DNA of 64,000 nt from a virus (Duplodnaviria > Caudoviricetes), in the IMG/VR virus record IMGVR_UViG_3300015244_001400, positions 1 through 64,000 of that record; one strand, written 5' to 3'. The position numbers were made by a program, and so were the translations under genes. Below the pieces are notes generated by a model. The model searched no databases. It worked only from the letters and a program-made list of their open reading frames with translations, and had not been told where the DNA came from. Positions within the stretch are counted from its first letter, which is position 1; each line of letters starts with the position of its first letter. Below, one piece after another: positions 1-8,094 of this stretch.

Positions 1-738
1 TTCTACAACAGGAGTAGCTTCATTGTCAAATAAAAGAGCTTCATCTTCTACGGAAAGTTCTTCTCTATGAATCACTATAGGCTCAAATTCTTGCTCTACA
101 AAGGTGTCCTCTCCTTCATGGTGCAAAAAGTTTGGTAGTACTTGATTCATATAGGCTTCTAATTGTGTCAAAGACTTAGTCTTTTTGACTTCAAATAATC
201 TTGCAAAGGTATTCTTCTCAATTTCTGATGAGGGAATCACTCTTACCTCTATACCTTTTTCATAGCAAGATTGTAATATTTCTTTTTGAAGTCTCCTATT
301 CAAAGGAGTTAGACCAGGGTCAGTGAAAAAAGAAGTGGAATAAAATAAAACGTAATTATTGTAGGAGAAACTTTGACCTGCAAGAACTTCAGAGAAATGA
401 GCTCTTGTATGGTCTAAATAGGCTTCTTTTTTCATAGTAAAAACCATTAAAGGTAACTTACTTTCTGAAAAGAAAACGCCTTTTGCTATATAAAACTTTC
501 TATCATTAATGGGTATTTCCCTTGTAGTATAACCATACTGAAAACCATCTTTGATGTTCTTCAATGTGTTACCTTTTCTTAAAACATCTGTAAAACTAGG
601 TTTGCTATAAACATTAAAGCCTTCTAGATCTTCAGAATTTTGTAAAGCATACAAAGGAATATACTCATTAGCAATAAAAGCAGTCTTATCAAACTTAGAA
701 GGAATAAATCTTCCTAAGCCTTGTCTGCTAATTATCAT
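1..738 (-). CDS. Hypothetical protein, runs off the window edge (at least 246 aa), translationally coupled to the E1/ThiF gene
   Basis: Not in the ORF track. ATG at 738 overlaps the TGA of the ThiF gene (ATGA). I translated it without a stop to position 1: MIISRQGLGRFIPSKFDKTAF...EDEALLFDNEATPVVE. Confidence 0.85.
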   Translation of the reverse strand, partial: MIISRQGLGRFIPSKFDKTAFIANEYIPLYALQNSEDLEGFNVYSKPSFTDVLRKGNTLKNIKDGFQYGYTTREIPINDRKFYIAKGVFFSESKLPLMVFTMKKEAYLDHTRAHFSEVLAGQSFSYNNYVLFYSTSFFTDPGLTPLNRRLQKEILQSCYEKGIEVRVIPSSEIEKNTFARLFEVKKTKSLTQLEAYMNQVLPNFLHHEGEDTFVEQEFEPIVIHREELSVEDEALLFDNEATPVVE

Positions 739-1430
739 AACTCTGATTGAGTGAAGTTCATAGGAACTACAAATTCATAGTAGAAAGGGACTTCTCTGAT
801 AGTCTCTCCTGCATATACATTAGCTATGTGATTAGTAAAGAAAGCAGACATAAGAGAACCTATCATACCTGCAGTATGAGAAGTTTGTTTCATAGTACAA
901 GGAGCTTCATTTACAACACTGTCATGAAACAAATGCTCTCTTTCATACTTATCTGCATTTAGAGGAGTAACACAGAATATCTGTAATTGCTCCAATTCTA
1001 GTCTACCATCTATAAATATTGGTACATCCATATTAGGGGCAGAACCCCAAGATTGCTTCCAATTATGAAATAGAATGTGTCTGGCTTCCATATTATCAAA
1101 AGCAGAAAAACTATAATAATGATGAGGAGTACTACTAGTAATTCTCTCATTAAAAGTAGTAATTCTTCTTTCACAAAAGATATTCACCATTCTTTCTATA
1201 GCAGTTACTTTTGGAATACCTATATCTTCTTGTCTAAACAACTGCCCTCCTAAATTGTGGTCTTCAACAGTATCAAAATCATACAGATTAACTTTGAAAC
1301 CAATTTTAGTAAGGAAGAAAACTAACCAAGAACCAATACCACCAGCTCCACCTACTAAACAAATTTCATTGTTTCTAGGAAACCAAGGAGCATCTTTAAA
1401 TCTACTTTGTTGACTGTTTGTCTCTCTCAT
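735..1430 (-). CDS. ThiF/MoeB/E1-like ubiquitin-activating enzyme
   Basis: GGAGGIGSW nucleotide-binding loop, DFDTVEDHNLGGQ (ThiF DxDxVExxNL), FSAFDNMEAR, DGR motif, candidate catalytic Cys in PCTMKQ. Confidence 0.9.
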   Translation of the reverse strand: MRETNSQQSRFKDAPWFPRNNEICLVGGAGGIGSWLVFFLTKIGFKVNLYDFDTVEDHNLGGQLFRQEDIGIPKVTAIERMVNIFCERRITTFNERITSSTPHHYYSFSAFDNMEARHILFHNWKQSWGSAPNMDVPIFIDGRLELEQLQIFCVTPLNADKYEREHLFHDSVVNEAPCTMKQTSHTAGMIGSLMSAFFTNHIANVYAGETIREVPFYYEFVVPMNFTQSEL

Positions 1431-2598
1431 TTTCTATAAATTTATTAATCATGGAAGTAATAGTAGTAACAGTCAGTCTTACTTCAGGGTAAAGAACTAA
1501 CATATCATCTAATAAGTCAGTAAGCTCATGAGTATACTGAACAAAATCAACAGCAGATGCCTTTGGAAAGTGCTTAGCAAATTTAGGGGCATATTCATTA
1601 ATAACAGTTTTAGCTATCTCTTGAGGAGACAGATTAAACTCTGCTAATTCATCTAAGACATCTTCTAAATAGTCTTCATTTGGAGTAAACTCAATTGAGC
1701 TGCCAAACAAGTCTTTAGCAAACTCATAGATTTTAATAGCATGCATGTCTACTTCTTGAAGATCATCAAAATCTTCAAATAATTCAAGTGCAGGTTCTTT
1801 CCAATCATCAAACCATCTTTTAATTGGTTTTTCTGTTTGTTGAGTAGTAGTTCTGGACCAGTTATTTCCTCCTCCAGTACCTGTGTTATATTTAGCCCAA
1901 TCATTCTTAGGAAAGGTTTTCACAGGTTTAGGCTCCATGATTTTAGCCACTTGGGCAGTAAATGCTTCATCAACTATCTCTTGAATTAGAGGAGTTTGCA
2001 TCTCACAATCAAAGATAAAAAGCTTTTGAGTATTAACTTCAAAGTCTTGTGTTTCAATGACATAGTCATGGCCTTGTACATTTTTAGCTGTATAAGGAAC
2101 CTGTTTAATATCTTTTTTAGCTTCTCCAATGAAAGCAACTTTAGCTAGGAAATCCATAGCATTGTTTACAATCAAAGACAAGTAAAAATTGTGTGCTGGA
2201 GCATTATCATTTAGCTCAGCCATGTCTGTACCTGAAAAGAACACTGCCATACTATTATGACTGTGAATATGTCCTAGCTTCCAAGTACATCTTTCTTCAA
2301 AATCTTCTTCAATAAAATCCATAAATCTATCATCAAGATTATACTCGGTATAAGCTTGAGAACCCATATCTAAGGGAAGGATTGTTTTTAAAGTTATTTT
2401 GAAAGTTTCAGGATTTTCAATACTACCTTCTGTGGTATAAAATAGGGCTCCTGACCATTCTACTTTTGATATCTTTTTACAAAGATACTGTATCTGATGT
2501 AATACCTCTACTGGCATTATCACTGGTATGATAGAGCTTAGTTGCACTCTTGACAACTGCTTTCTCATAGATTCTTGACTCAAGTTCTCTAATGACAT
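1402..2598 (-). CDS. JAB/MPN+ (JAMM) metallopeptidase with an acidic C-terminal extension; true start may be the ATG near 2568
   Basis: KVEWSG (catalytic Glu) and GHIHSHNSMAVFFSGTD, an exact HxH-x7-SxxD JAMM motif. Confidence 0.9.
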   Translation of the reverse strand: MSLENLSQESMRKQLSRVQLSSIIPVIMPVEVLHQIQYLCKKISKVEWSGALFYTTEGSIENPETFKITLKTILPLDMGSQAYTEYNLDDRFMDFIEEDFEERCTWKLGHIHSHNSMAVFFSGTDMAELNDNAPAHNFYLSLIVNNAMDFLAKVAFIGEAKKDIKQVPYTAKNVQGHDYVIETQDFEVNTQKLFIFDCEMQTPLIQEIVDEAFTAQVAKIMEPKPVKTFPKNDWAKYNTGTGGGNNWSRTTTQQTEKPIKRWFDDWKEPALELFEDFDDLQEVDMHAIKIYEFAKDLFGSSIEFTPNEDYLEDVLDELAEFNLSPQEIAKTVINEYAPKFAKHFPKASAVDFVQYTHELTDLLDDMLVLYPEVRLTVTTITSMINKFIENERDKQSTK

Positions 2599-3670
2599 AA
2601 TCTAAAAAATTAGGATAAACAATATGATCTTCTAATGACACAGGTTTTGATAACCTAGTATCTTCTTTAATAATTTTAGGGTAAAGTTTTCTACCTCTAA
2701 AAAGTGTGTAATCTTCTGTGGAAGTGATTTTAACTGTGGCAGTAGCAATAGCATTTTCAGCTTTCATTTGTAGAAAGTGATTATAAGTATTTGGTACTCT
2801 ACTTACAAGAACAGTTTGATATTCACTAAAAGTCATGCAAGTTAAAGCTATTCTTTTAATGAATTCAGAAGCTCTGACATTAGGATGTATTCTATAAAGA
2901 CCTTCTGATATGTAGAAATCTACATCTAAAGGAATTTTTTGGTCCATAATTGTCTTTAAGACTTTACTAGCAGCTCTTGTATTAGTACTGTTAACTTTTA
3001 TAGAGTCAGCATTTTTAACTACTTCCATTCTAATAAAAGGTACTCCTTCTATAGATTCCCAAGTAATCATACTGTCTACACAAAATAGGAATAGTTCATA
3101 TCTATCCATATCCATATCTACACTAAACTCAGCCATCATTCTGCTTACATCAGTGTCTCCACCAACACAGAAATAACTACAATACAAAGGCTCTGATGTC
3201 CAATTTCTATGACTACTTAAATGACTTTGTTGATACCCTGAAAGAACTTCTAATTGTGTCTTAGAAAGTCTTCCACCTTCTAATTTAGAGGGATAAAGTG
3301 CATTTCCATTCCACTTAAATAGATGGATTACAAATAAGTCTTTTATCTCATGAGTTTTTCCTTGACTATTAGTAATAATGTACTTAGGATAAAAAACTTT
3401 AAAGTAAGGTAAAAAGAAATTTCCATCATAATAGAAATCTAAGTCAGCTTGATCTTTGTATTTAGCTTCAAACAAGTCCAATATTGCAAAGAAGTCAGCA
3501 GTCAGTTTAGTAACATTACTTAGACCCTCAGCTCCTTCAAAAACAATATAATCTTTCTCAATCAACTTCTTTAAGAATTTTTTATTCTTGTGTTGATTGG
3601 TTAAAACAGCATTGTGAAGAAGTCTAGCAATATTGCCACCTTCTCTATTAGCTTTTATATTTCTTGACAT
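2477..3670 (-). CDS. Putative prokaryotic E2-like (ubiquitin-conjugating fold) protein
   Basis: YQQSHL...YFCVGG resembles the His...Cys-Gly signature of prokaryotic E2 folds; lies between the Ubl and JAB/E1 genes. Confidence 0.6.
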   Translation of the reverse strand: MSRNIKANREGGNIARLLHNAVLTNQHKNKKFLKKLIEKDYIVFEGAEGLSNVTKLTADFFAILDLFEAKYKDQADLDFYYDGNFFLPYFKVFYPKYIITNSQGKTHEIKDLFVIHLFKWNGNALYPSKLEGGRLSKTQLEVLSGYQQSHLSSHRNWTSEPLYCSYFCVGGDTDVSRMMAEFSVDMDMDRYELFLFCVDSMITWESIEGVPFIRMEVVKNADSIKVNSTNTRAASKVLKTIMDQKIPLDVDFYISEGLYRIHPNVRASEFIKRIALTCMTFSEYQTVLVSRVPNTYNHFLQMKAENAIATATVKITSTEDYTLFRGRKLYPKIIKEDTRLSKPVSLEDHIVYPNFLDYVIRELESRIYEKAVVKSATKLYHTSDNASRGITSDTVSL

Positions 3671-3681
3671 AATAAAAAAAT

Positions 3682-3710
3682 TAAAGGGCTTATATTAAAC
3701 AAGCCCTTAA
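3682..3710 (-). terminator. Intrinsic terminator-like hairpin between the Ubl and E2-like genes
   Basis: Minus strand AAGGGCTT-GTTTAATAT-AAGCCCTT followed by TAATTTTTTTATT. Confidence 0.65.
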
Positions 3711-3716
3711 TTAATA

Positions 3717-4382
3717 CTAGTAACCTAGTTTTCTAGCTTCTTTAGCTAAACTACTTTCTTCAGAGTCAGAGTCAGAAAAACTAACTTCTTCTAAAAGTCT
3801 GTTCAAGTGCTTGTTAGCTTTGTAGTGAGAATCATAGCTATCCAAAGAAGAAATCAAGGCAATAGCCTCTTCTACTTTCTCAACATCAGTCAAGTCAGTA
3901 TCATCTACTTCTGGAAGAGTTCCAACAACTTCTCTAACTGATTCATTTACAGTTCTACTATTAGCAGTAGCAGTAGCTTTAACACAATGTATAGCAACTA
4001 ATTCTTGAACTGTTGCAGTTGGCAATTGAGTTACATTTCTGCCATTGATGCTAAACTTATTTTTATCTTCAGGATGGTTTAACAAATGTACTTTGATTGC
4101 AGCAAAACATTCTTTTCTGTCAAGAGCCCCTGACTTAGTTTGTCTTGGTCTTAAGAACAATCTAAAAGCAGTTGTTGGTAATACAGCTAAATCATTTACT
4201 AAGTCTGTCTTAGTAATGTTTTCAGCTGCTAATAATGATGACAAATCAAACCCTGCATTTCTTACAAGAGGTTGTAATTCTCCCCAAGTAGTTACATCAG
4301 TAGTTATTTTTTGCATTTGGCCACCTCTTGTGGCATAAATTGTTATCTCTCTAGAGATACCTGGAGCTTGTACTTCACTCAT
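3717..4382 (-). CDS. Ubiquitin-like (beta-grasp) N-terminal domain fused to a C-terminal helical domain
   Basis: The first ~85 aa show a beta-grasp-like pattern (REITIYAT...KITTDVTTWGELQPLV...AFRLFLRPRQTKSG); gene sits at the head of the E2/JAB/E1 cluster. Confidence 0.6.
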   Translation of the reverse strand: MSEVQAPGISREITIYATRGGQMQKITTDVTTWGELQPLVRNAGFDLSSLLAAENITKTDLVNDLAVLPTTAFRLFLRPRQTKSGALDRKECFAAIKVHLLNHPEDKNKFSINGRNVTQLPTATVQELVAIHCVKATATANSRTVNESVREVVGTLPEVDDTDLTDVEKVEEAIALISSLDSYDSHYKANKHLNRLLEEVSFSDSDSEESSLAKEARKLGY

Positions 4383-4393
4383 GATCTTAAATT

Positions 4394-4930
4394 TTAAAGA
4401 TTAATTAATTCTTTTTGTCCTTTCTTTTTCAAGAGGATATTTATGTGTTTAAGATTTATATATAACCCTTTGAACACATAATTATAATCTACATTCATAG
4501 GAACTTGATGAATTGTTTCATCATCATACTTGATCACATTATAAATAGTTTTAGCAGGTAGATTAGCTGTATAACTTTGTGATTTTGTTGTTGGCAATAG
4601 CCAAATACAAGGATTACTCCTCGCAATAAAATAGATAACTTTCTTAATGAATGAATCCCAATATTCACTATGGTCTGTGTTGGATGCCCCATAAGTTAGG
4701 GACATTTTAAGAAAAAATAGGCCTTCTTGTACTATAGGAGAAGCTTCTTCTCTAGCTATTAGCACAACCTTAATTTCTGATACAGGCATAGAAAAAACCC
4801 TGAAGACTTCATCAGCTTCAGGGTAATATTTTTCTTGAGGTAATATTTCATTCTTGAAATGAAGGAAAGCATCTGTGTTAAACTCACTCAGGAGTGGCCT
4901 CCAAGAGTAATGAATTAAACTAAAGTTCAT
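4394..4930 (-). CDS. Degenerate uracil-DNA glycosylase (family 1)-like protein, probably inactive
   Basis: IHYSWRPLL and YYPEADEVFRVFSMPVSEIKVVLI match the UNG N-terminus, but the catalytic GQDPY is replaced by AREEA and the protein is short. Confidence 0.65.
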   Translation of the reverse strand: MNFSLIHYSWRPLLSEFNTDAFLHFKNEILPQEKYYPEADEVFRVFSMPVSEIKVVLIAREEASPIVQEGLFFLKMSLTYGASNTDHSEYWDSFIKKVIYFIARSNPCIWLLPTTKSQSYTANLPAKTIYNVIKYDDETIHQVPMNVDYNYVFKGLYINLKHINILLKKKGQKELINL

Positions 4931-5955
4931 TCTGTAAAATCTTTTAAAAATTGATTAAATAAAAATTTGTCTTTAGCTATACAATCAGAAGGGTCTTTTA
5001 TCCCTTGTTCTAAGCTTCTTTCAGGAAGCCAAAGATTTCTTGCTTTACTTGGAATAAGGTTGTTGATGTGGTTCTTAACTTTCTCAGAAGCTATTATACC
5101 AGGTTGATCATTATCAAACCATACAAGTACACTAACAAAGGGTTTAATTAGCAGGTTTAAAGTTTCCTCACTAGGTATCATACCTTCATTTTGAAACCAA
5201 ACCACATTTTTACCATTATTCTTCAGTACTCTATAATCCTTATAAGACTTAGCAATGATTAATTCTTTACCAGAATGTAACAGGGAATTGATGCCACCTA
5301 CATCATTTTTAGTACAATTGGTTAAGAATCTTCTTTTGCCTTCTCTCATAGGAAAATAGATTTTCTTCCTAGATTCAGGAAAATCATTGTAACTGTATGC
5401 AATATCTTTGCAATCAATTATGTGACTCCCTGATTTGGTATTCAAAGCAAATAATTTTTGAACAGGAAAAACCCTGTCTTCAACTAAATGTTTCTTTTTA
5501 ATCTCATATTGAGACCAAAATTGAGCATCTACAGCATTAAACAGTCTTGCTTCAATTAGTAATTTGACTTTCTCTTTGACTATCTTTTTAGTCTCTTCTT
5601 TGTTTTCAATAGGCTTTAGACCTTCCTTACCTTGTATTAAGGTTTTATGGATATATTCTAAAGTCAAGTAAAAATTAGGGAATTTGAAAAAGTCTTGTAC
5701 CATATTGAAACAATCACTATGGGTTCTGCTATGAGCAAAATCAATAAAATAAAGAACTCCATTAGTATGGTAACTAAACCAACATCCTGCAGTTCTATCA
5801 TATCTTAAAGGAGATACTACATAGTCAAACTCTTGCGGAATATAATTGAACACTAATGCAAATATTTCTTCTTGAGTGACTAAACTAAGAATGCTTTCCT
5901 TGCAAATAAAACCTCTTCTATTTAAGTTATCTGAATTATAGTGATATGTGCTCAT
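4927..5955 (-). CDS. DNA primase (Toprim, crAss-like type)
   Basis: ELIIAKSYKDYRVL, WFQNEG and WFDNDQPG (Toprim DxD), IKDPSD; replication-module context. Confidence 0.8.
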   Translation of the reverse strand: MSTYHYNSDNLNRRGFICKESILSLVTQEEIFALVFNYIPQEFDYVVSPLRYDRTAGCWFSYHTNGVLYFIDFAHSRTHSDCFNMVQDFFKFPNFYLTLEYIHKTLIQGKEGLKPIENKEETKKIVKEKVKLLIEARLFNAVDAQFWSQYEIKKKHLVEDRVFPVQKLFALNTKSGSHIIDCKDIAYSYNDFPESRKKIYFPMREGKRRFLTNCTKNDVGGINSLLHSGKELIIAKSYKDYRVLKNNGKNVVWFQNEGMIPSEETLNLLIKPFVSVLVWFDNDQPGIIASEKVKNHINNLIPSKARNLWLPERSLEQGIKDPSDCIAKDKFLFNQFLKDFTE

Positions 5956-5983
5956 ATAAAAGAGGTTAGATTTTAATTAATTA

Positions 5984-6766
5984 TTACCAGGTTCCACCAG
6001 GATTACCAGCTATAGCACCAGCAGGTGCAGCAGCCATGGCTCCTCCTGTTGATGGAGCTCCACCAAGAACTTGTTGAGTACCTTTGTTACCTGTCATGAA
6101 ATTAGCATCTCTTTCAAAAGGATGTTTCTGTCCATTAGAGTTTTTGTAACAAAGAGAAGCATCTTCAGCTCTTTCTTCAGCCCATACTCCAGGTTGTGCA
6201 GGTACAATAAAGTAACCACCTTTCATATTCTTAGGTAAAGTTGGATAAGTCTTATCATTAAGACCACCATCTTGTTTTTTACCAAAATTCCATTGGAACT
6301 CTAAGAATAAATCAAGAGGTCTCTTGTCATACCCAATAGGTAATAAAGAACAAACTCTTGCAGCATAATCAGCAAAGCTCATTACTGGAGTTGCAAATGC
6401 AGCTCTTAAAGAATCTTCAGTTACACCTACTGCTTTCAAGTAGTGAGTTACTGTAGCATTTTGTTGAACCATCAAAGTGTTGAATCCAGCAATATACTCA
6501 GCAGAAGTCTTGTCTGTAATTTCAGTGTTGTTTTTGTCAACAACTCTGTCTACAGGGTTTAACCACTCTTTGTAAGATCTTTCTCCTACTTTAACTTCAA
6601 TCTCAATAGCTTCTCTAGCAGGTTGACCTTCTTTGGCAACATTTGGAGAGTAAGCAAATTTTGCTAATGTAGCAACACCAAAGTTTCCACCAAATTTAGC
6701 TCCACCTTTAGTTTTTAATGATTCATCTGAATCTGATACAAATCCGTATCCTAATACTTGTGACAT
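5984..6766 (-). CDS. Conserved replication-module protein, possibly ssDNA-binding
   Basis: Adjacent to the primase; beta-rich core with a flexible Gly/Ala C-terminal tail ending in Trp. Confidence 0.35.
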   Translation of the reverse strand: MSQVLGYGFVSDSDESLKTKGGAKFGGNFGVATLAKFAYSPNVAKEGQPAREAIEIEVKVGERSYKEWLNPVDRVVDKNNTEITDKTSAEYIAGFNTLMVQQNATVTHYLKAVGVTEDSLRAAFATPVMSFADYAARVCSLLPIGYDKRPLDLFLEFQWNFGKKQDGGLNDKTYPTLPKNMKGGYFIVPAQPGVWAEERAEDASLCYKNSNGQKHPFERDANFMTGNKGTQQVLGGAPSTGGAMAAAPAGAIAGNPGGTW

Positions 6767-6797
6767 AATAAGTCTTTTTTAATAATTAAACAATTTT

Positions 6798-7151
6798 TTA
6801 GTTCCAATCTGAAGAATCAGTACTTCCTACCATTTCTCCATTTACTAATGTAGCAGGAGTATCATTAGTGGCATCAGCTATTGGTCCAGGAACATGAGCT
6901 ACTTCTTCAGCAACATCATTAATGTCTTCAGTATCATCCTCAAGCTCAATACCTGTGTATTGTTTCTTAGCTTTTCTGTTTTTCAACTTAGGATGACCCC
7001 AAACCATTTTGTTCATATCTGACTGAGTTCTGCCATAGTGTTCAGCAATTTCTTTTCTGCTTTTACCTTGACCTAATAAACCTAAGACATCACTTATTGT
7101 GATTCTTAATACTTCAACTGGAGCTGTTTGAACAGCATTCTCTTGTGACAT
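6798..7151 (-). CDS. Small HTH-like DNA-binding protein with an acidic tail
   Basis: ISDVLGLLGQGKSRKEIAEHYGRTQSDMNK HTH-like pattern. Confidence 0.45.
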   Translation of the reverse strand: MSQENAVQTAPVEVLRITISDVLGLLGQGKSRKEIAEHYGRTQSDMNKMVWGHPKLKNRKAKKQYTGIELEDDTEDINDVAEEVAHVPGPIADATNDTPATLVNGEMVGSTDSSDWN

Positions 7152-7172
7152 AATGTATGAATTTAAAATTAT

Positions 7173-7403
7173 TTATAAATTTGCTTTGGGTTTTCTTGGC
7201 TTATAAACCCTCTTTTTCTTGATAGGTTTAGCCTCTTCTACAATTGTATCTTTTACAATTATAGGCTCTTTTTTGACTTCTTTTGTTTCTTCTTTTGAGT
7301 TACCTCTTACTAATGCCAAAGCAACAATAGCAACAATACAACCAGCAATAAAACAAAGGGTCAATAACAATAGATTATCCATAATATTCTGCAATTTTAG
7401 CAA
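7173..7403 (-). CDS. Small single-pass membrane protein with a basic C-terminus
   Basis: Hydrophobic LLLLTLCFIAGCIVAIVALALV followed by a Lys-rich tail. Confidence 0.6.
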   Translation of the reverse strand: MLKLQNIMDNLLLLTLCFIAGCIVAIVALALVRGNSKEETKEVKKEPIIVKDTIVEEAKPIKKKRVYKPRKPKANL

Positions 7404-8085
7404 CTACATATCCTAAATCATTAGGAATGAATTGTTTATCAAACATACCTACTGGAGATTTTGCAGATGAATACTGTTCATTCTCATTAGTCAAGAATTC
7501 CTTGACAGCTTTCTTCTCTGTAGCATCATATCTACTAATACCAATAAGAGTAACATCTACTTTACCCTCTACAGTCAAATACTCATCTACCATTTTACCT
7601 GTAGCTTTGTACTTCATATAGATTCTACCATCAGGTCCAGGAGTACTATCTCCATGAGCCAAAATGATAACATTTTTACCTGCAGCATCTAATTTCTCTA
7701 TGGCATCAAAGATTTTACCCATAAAGTAACCAATTTGCTTAGGTGCATCCCAACCTTTAGCCAAGGCATTAGCCATGTACCAATTCTGCATTACATAGTT
7801 TGAATCATCCCACACAATGTTTTTGTATGGACTATTCACTAAGTTTAAAAATATAGCTTCTATATCTTTTGCATTATCAGTAATAACTCTTCTTCCTGTT
7901 TTTAAGTCAGGCATGGTAGTTATTGGGTATGCTGCACCACTTCCTCTAAAAGGAAGAGGTTTTGAAGTAACTGATATTAAATAAGTTTCTTCAGGAACTA
8001 GGCCTACAATACCTAATTCAGGTATTTGTCCAATACTTGTGGACTTTCCAAACCCACTAGGGGCTAGCACTAAAATTTTAGGCAT
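7375..8085 (-). CDS. AAA-family P-loop ATPase (Sak4/AAA_24-like)
   Basis: APSGFGKST Walker A, IVWDDSNY Walker B, IILAHG, GKMVD. Confidence 0.8.
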   Translation of the reverse strand: MPKILVLAPSGFGKSTSIGQIPELGIVGLVPEETYLISVTSKPLPFRGSGAAYPITTMPDLKTGRRVITDNAKDIEAIFLNLVNSPYKNIVWDDSNYVMQNWYMANALAKGWDAPKQIGYFMGKIFDAIEKLDAAGKNVIILAHGDSTPGPDGRIYMKYKATGKMVDEYLTVEGKVDVTLIGISRYDATEKKAVKEFLTNENEQYSSAKSPVGMFDKQFIPNDLGYVVAKIAEYYG

Positions 8086-8094
8086 ACTTTTTCT

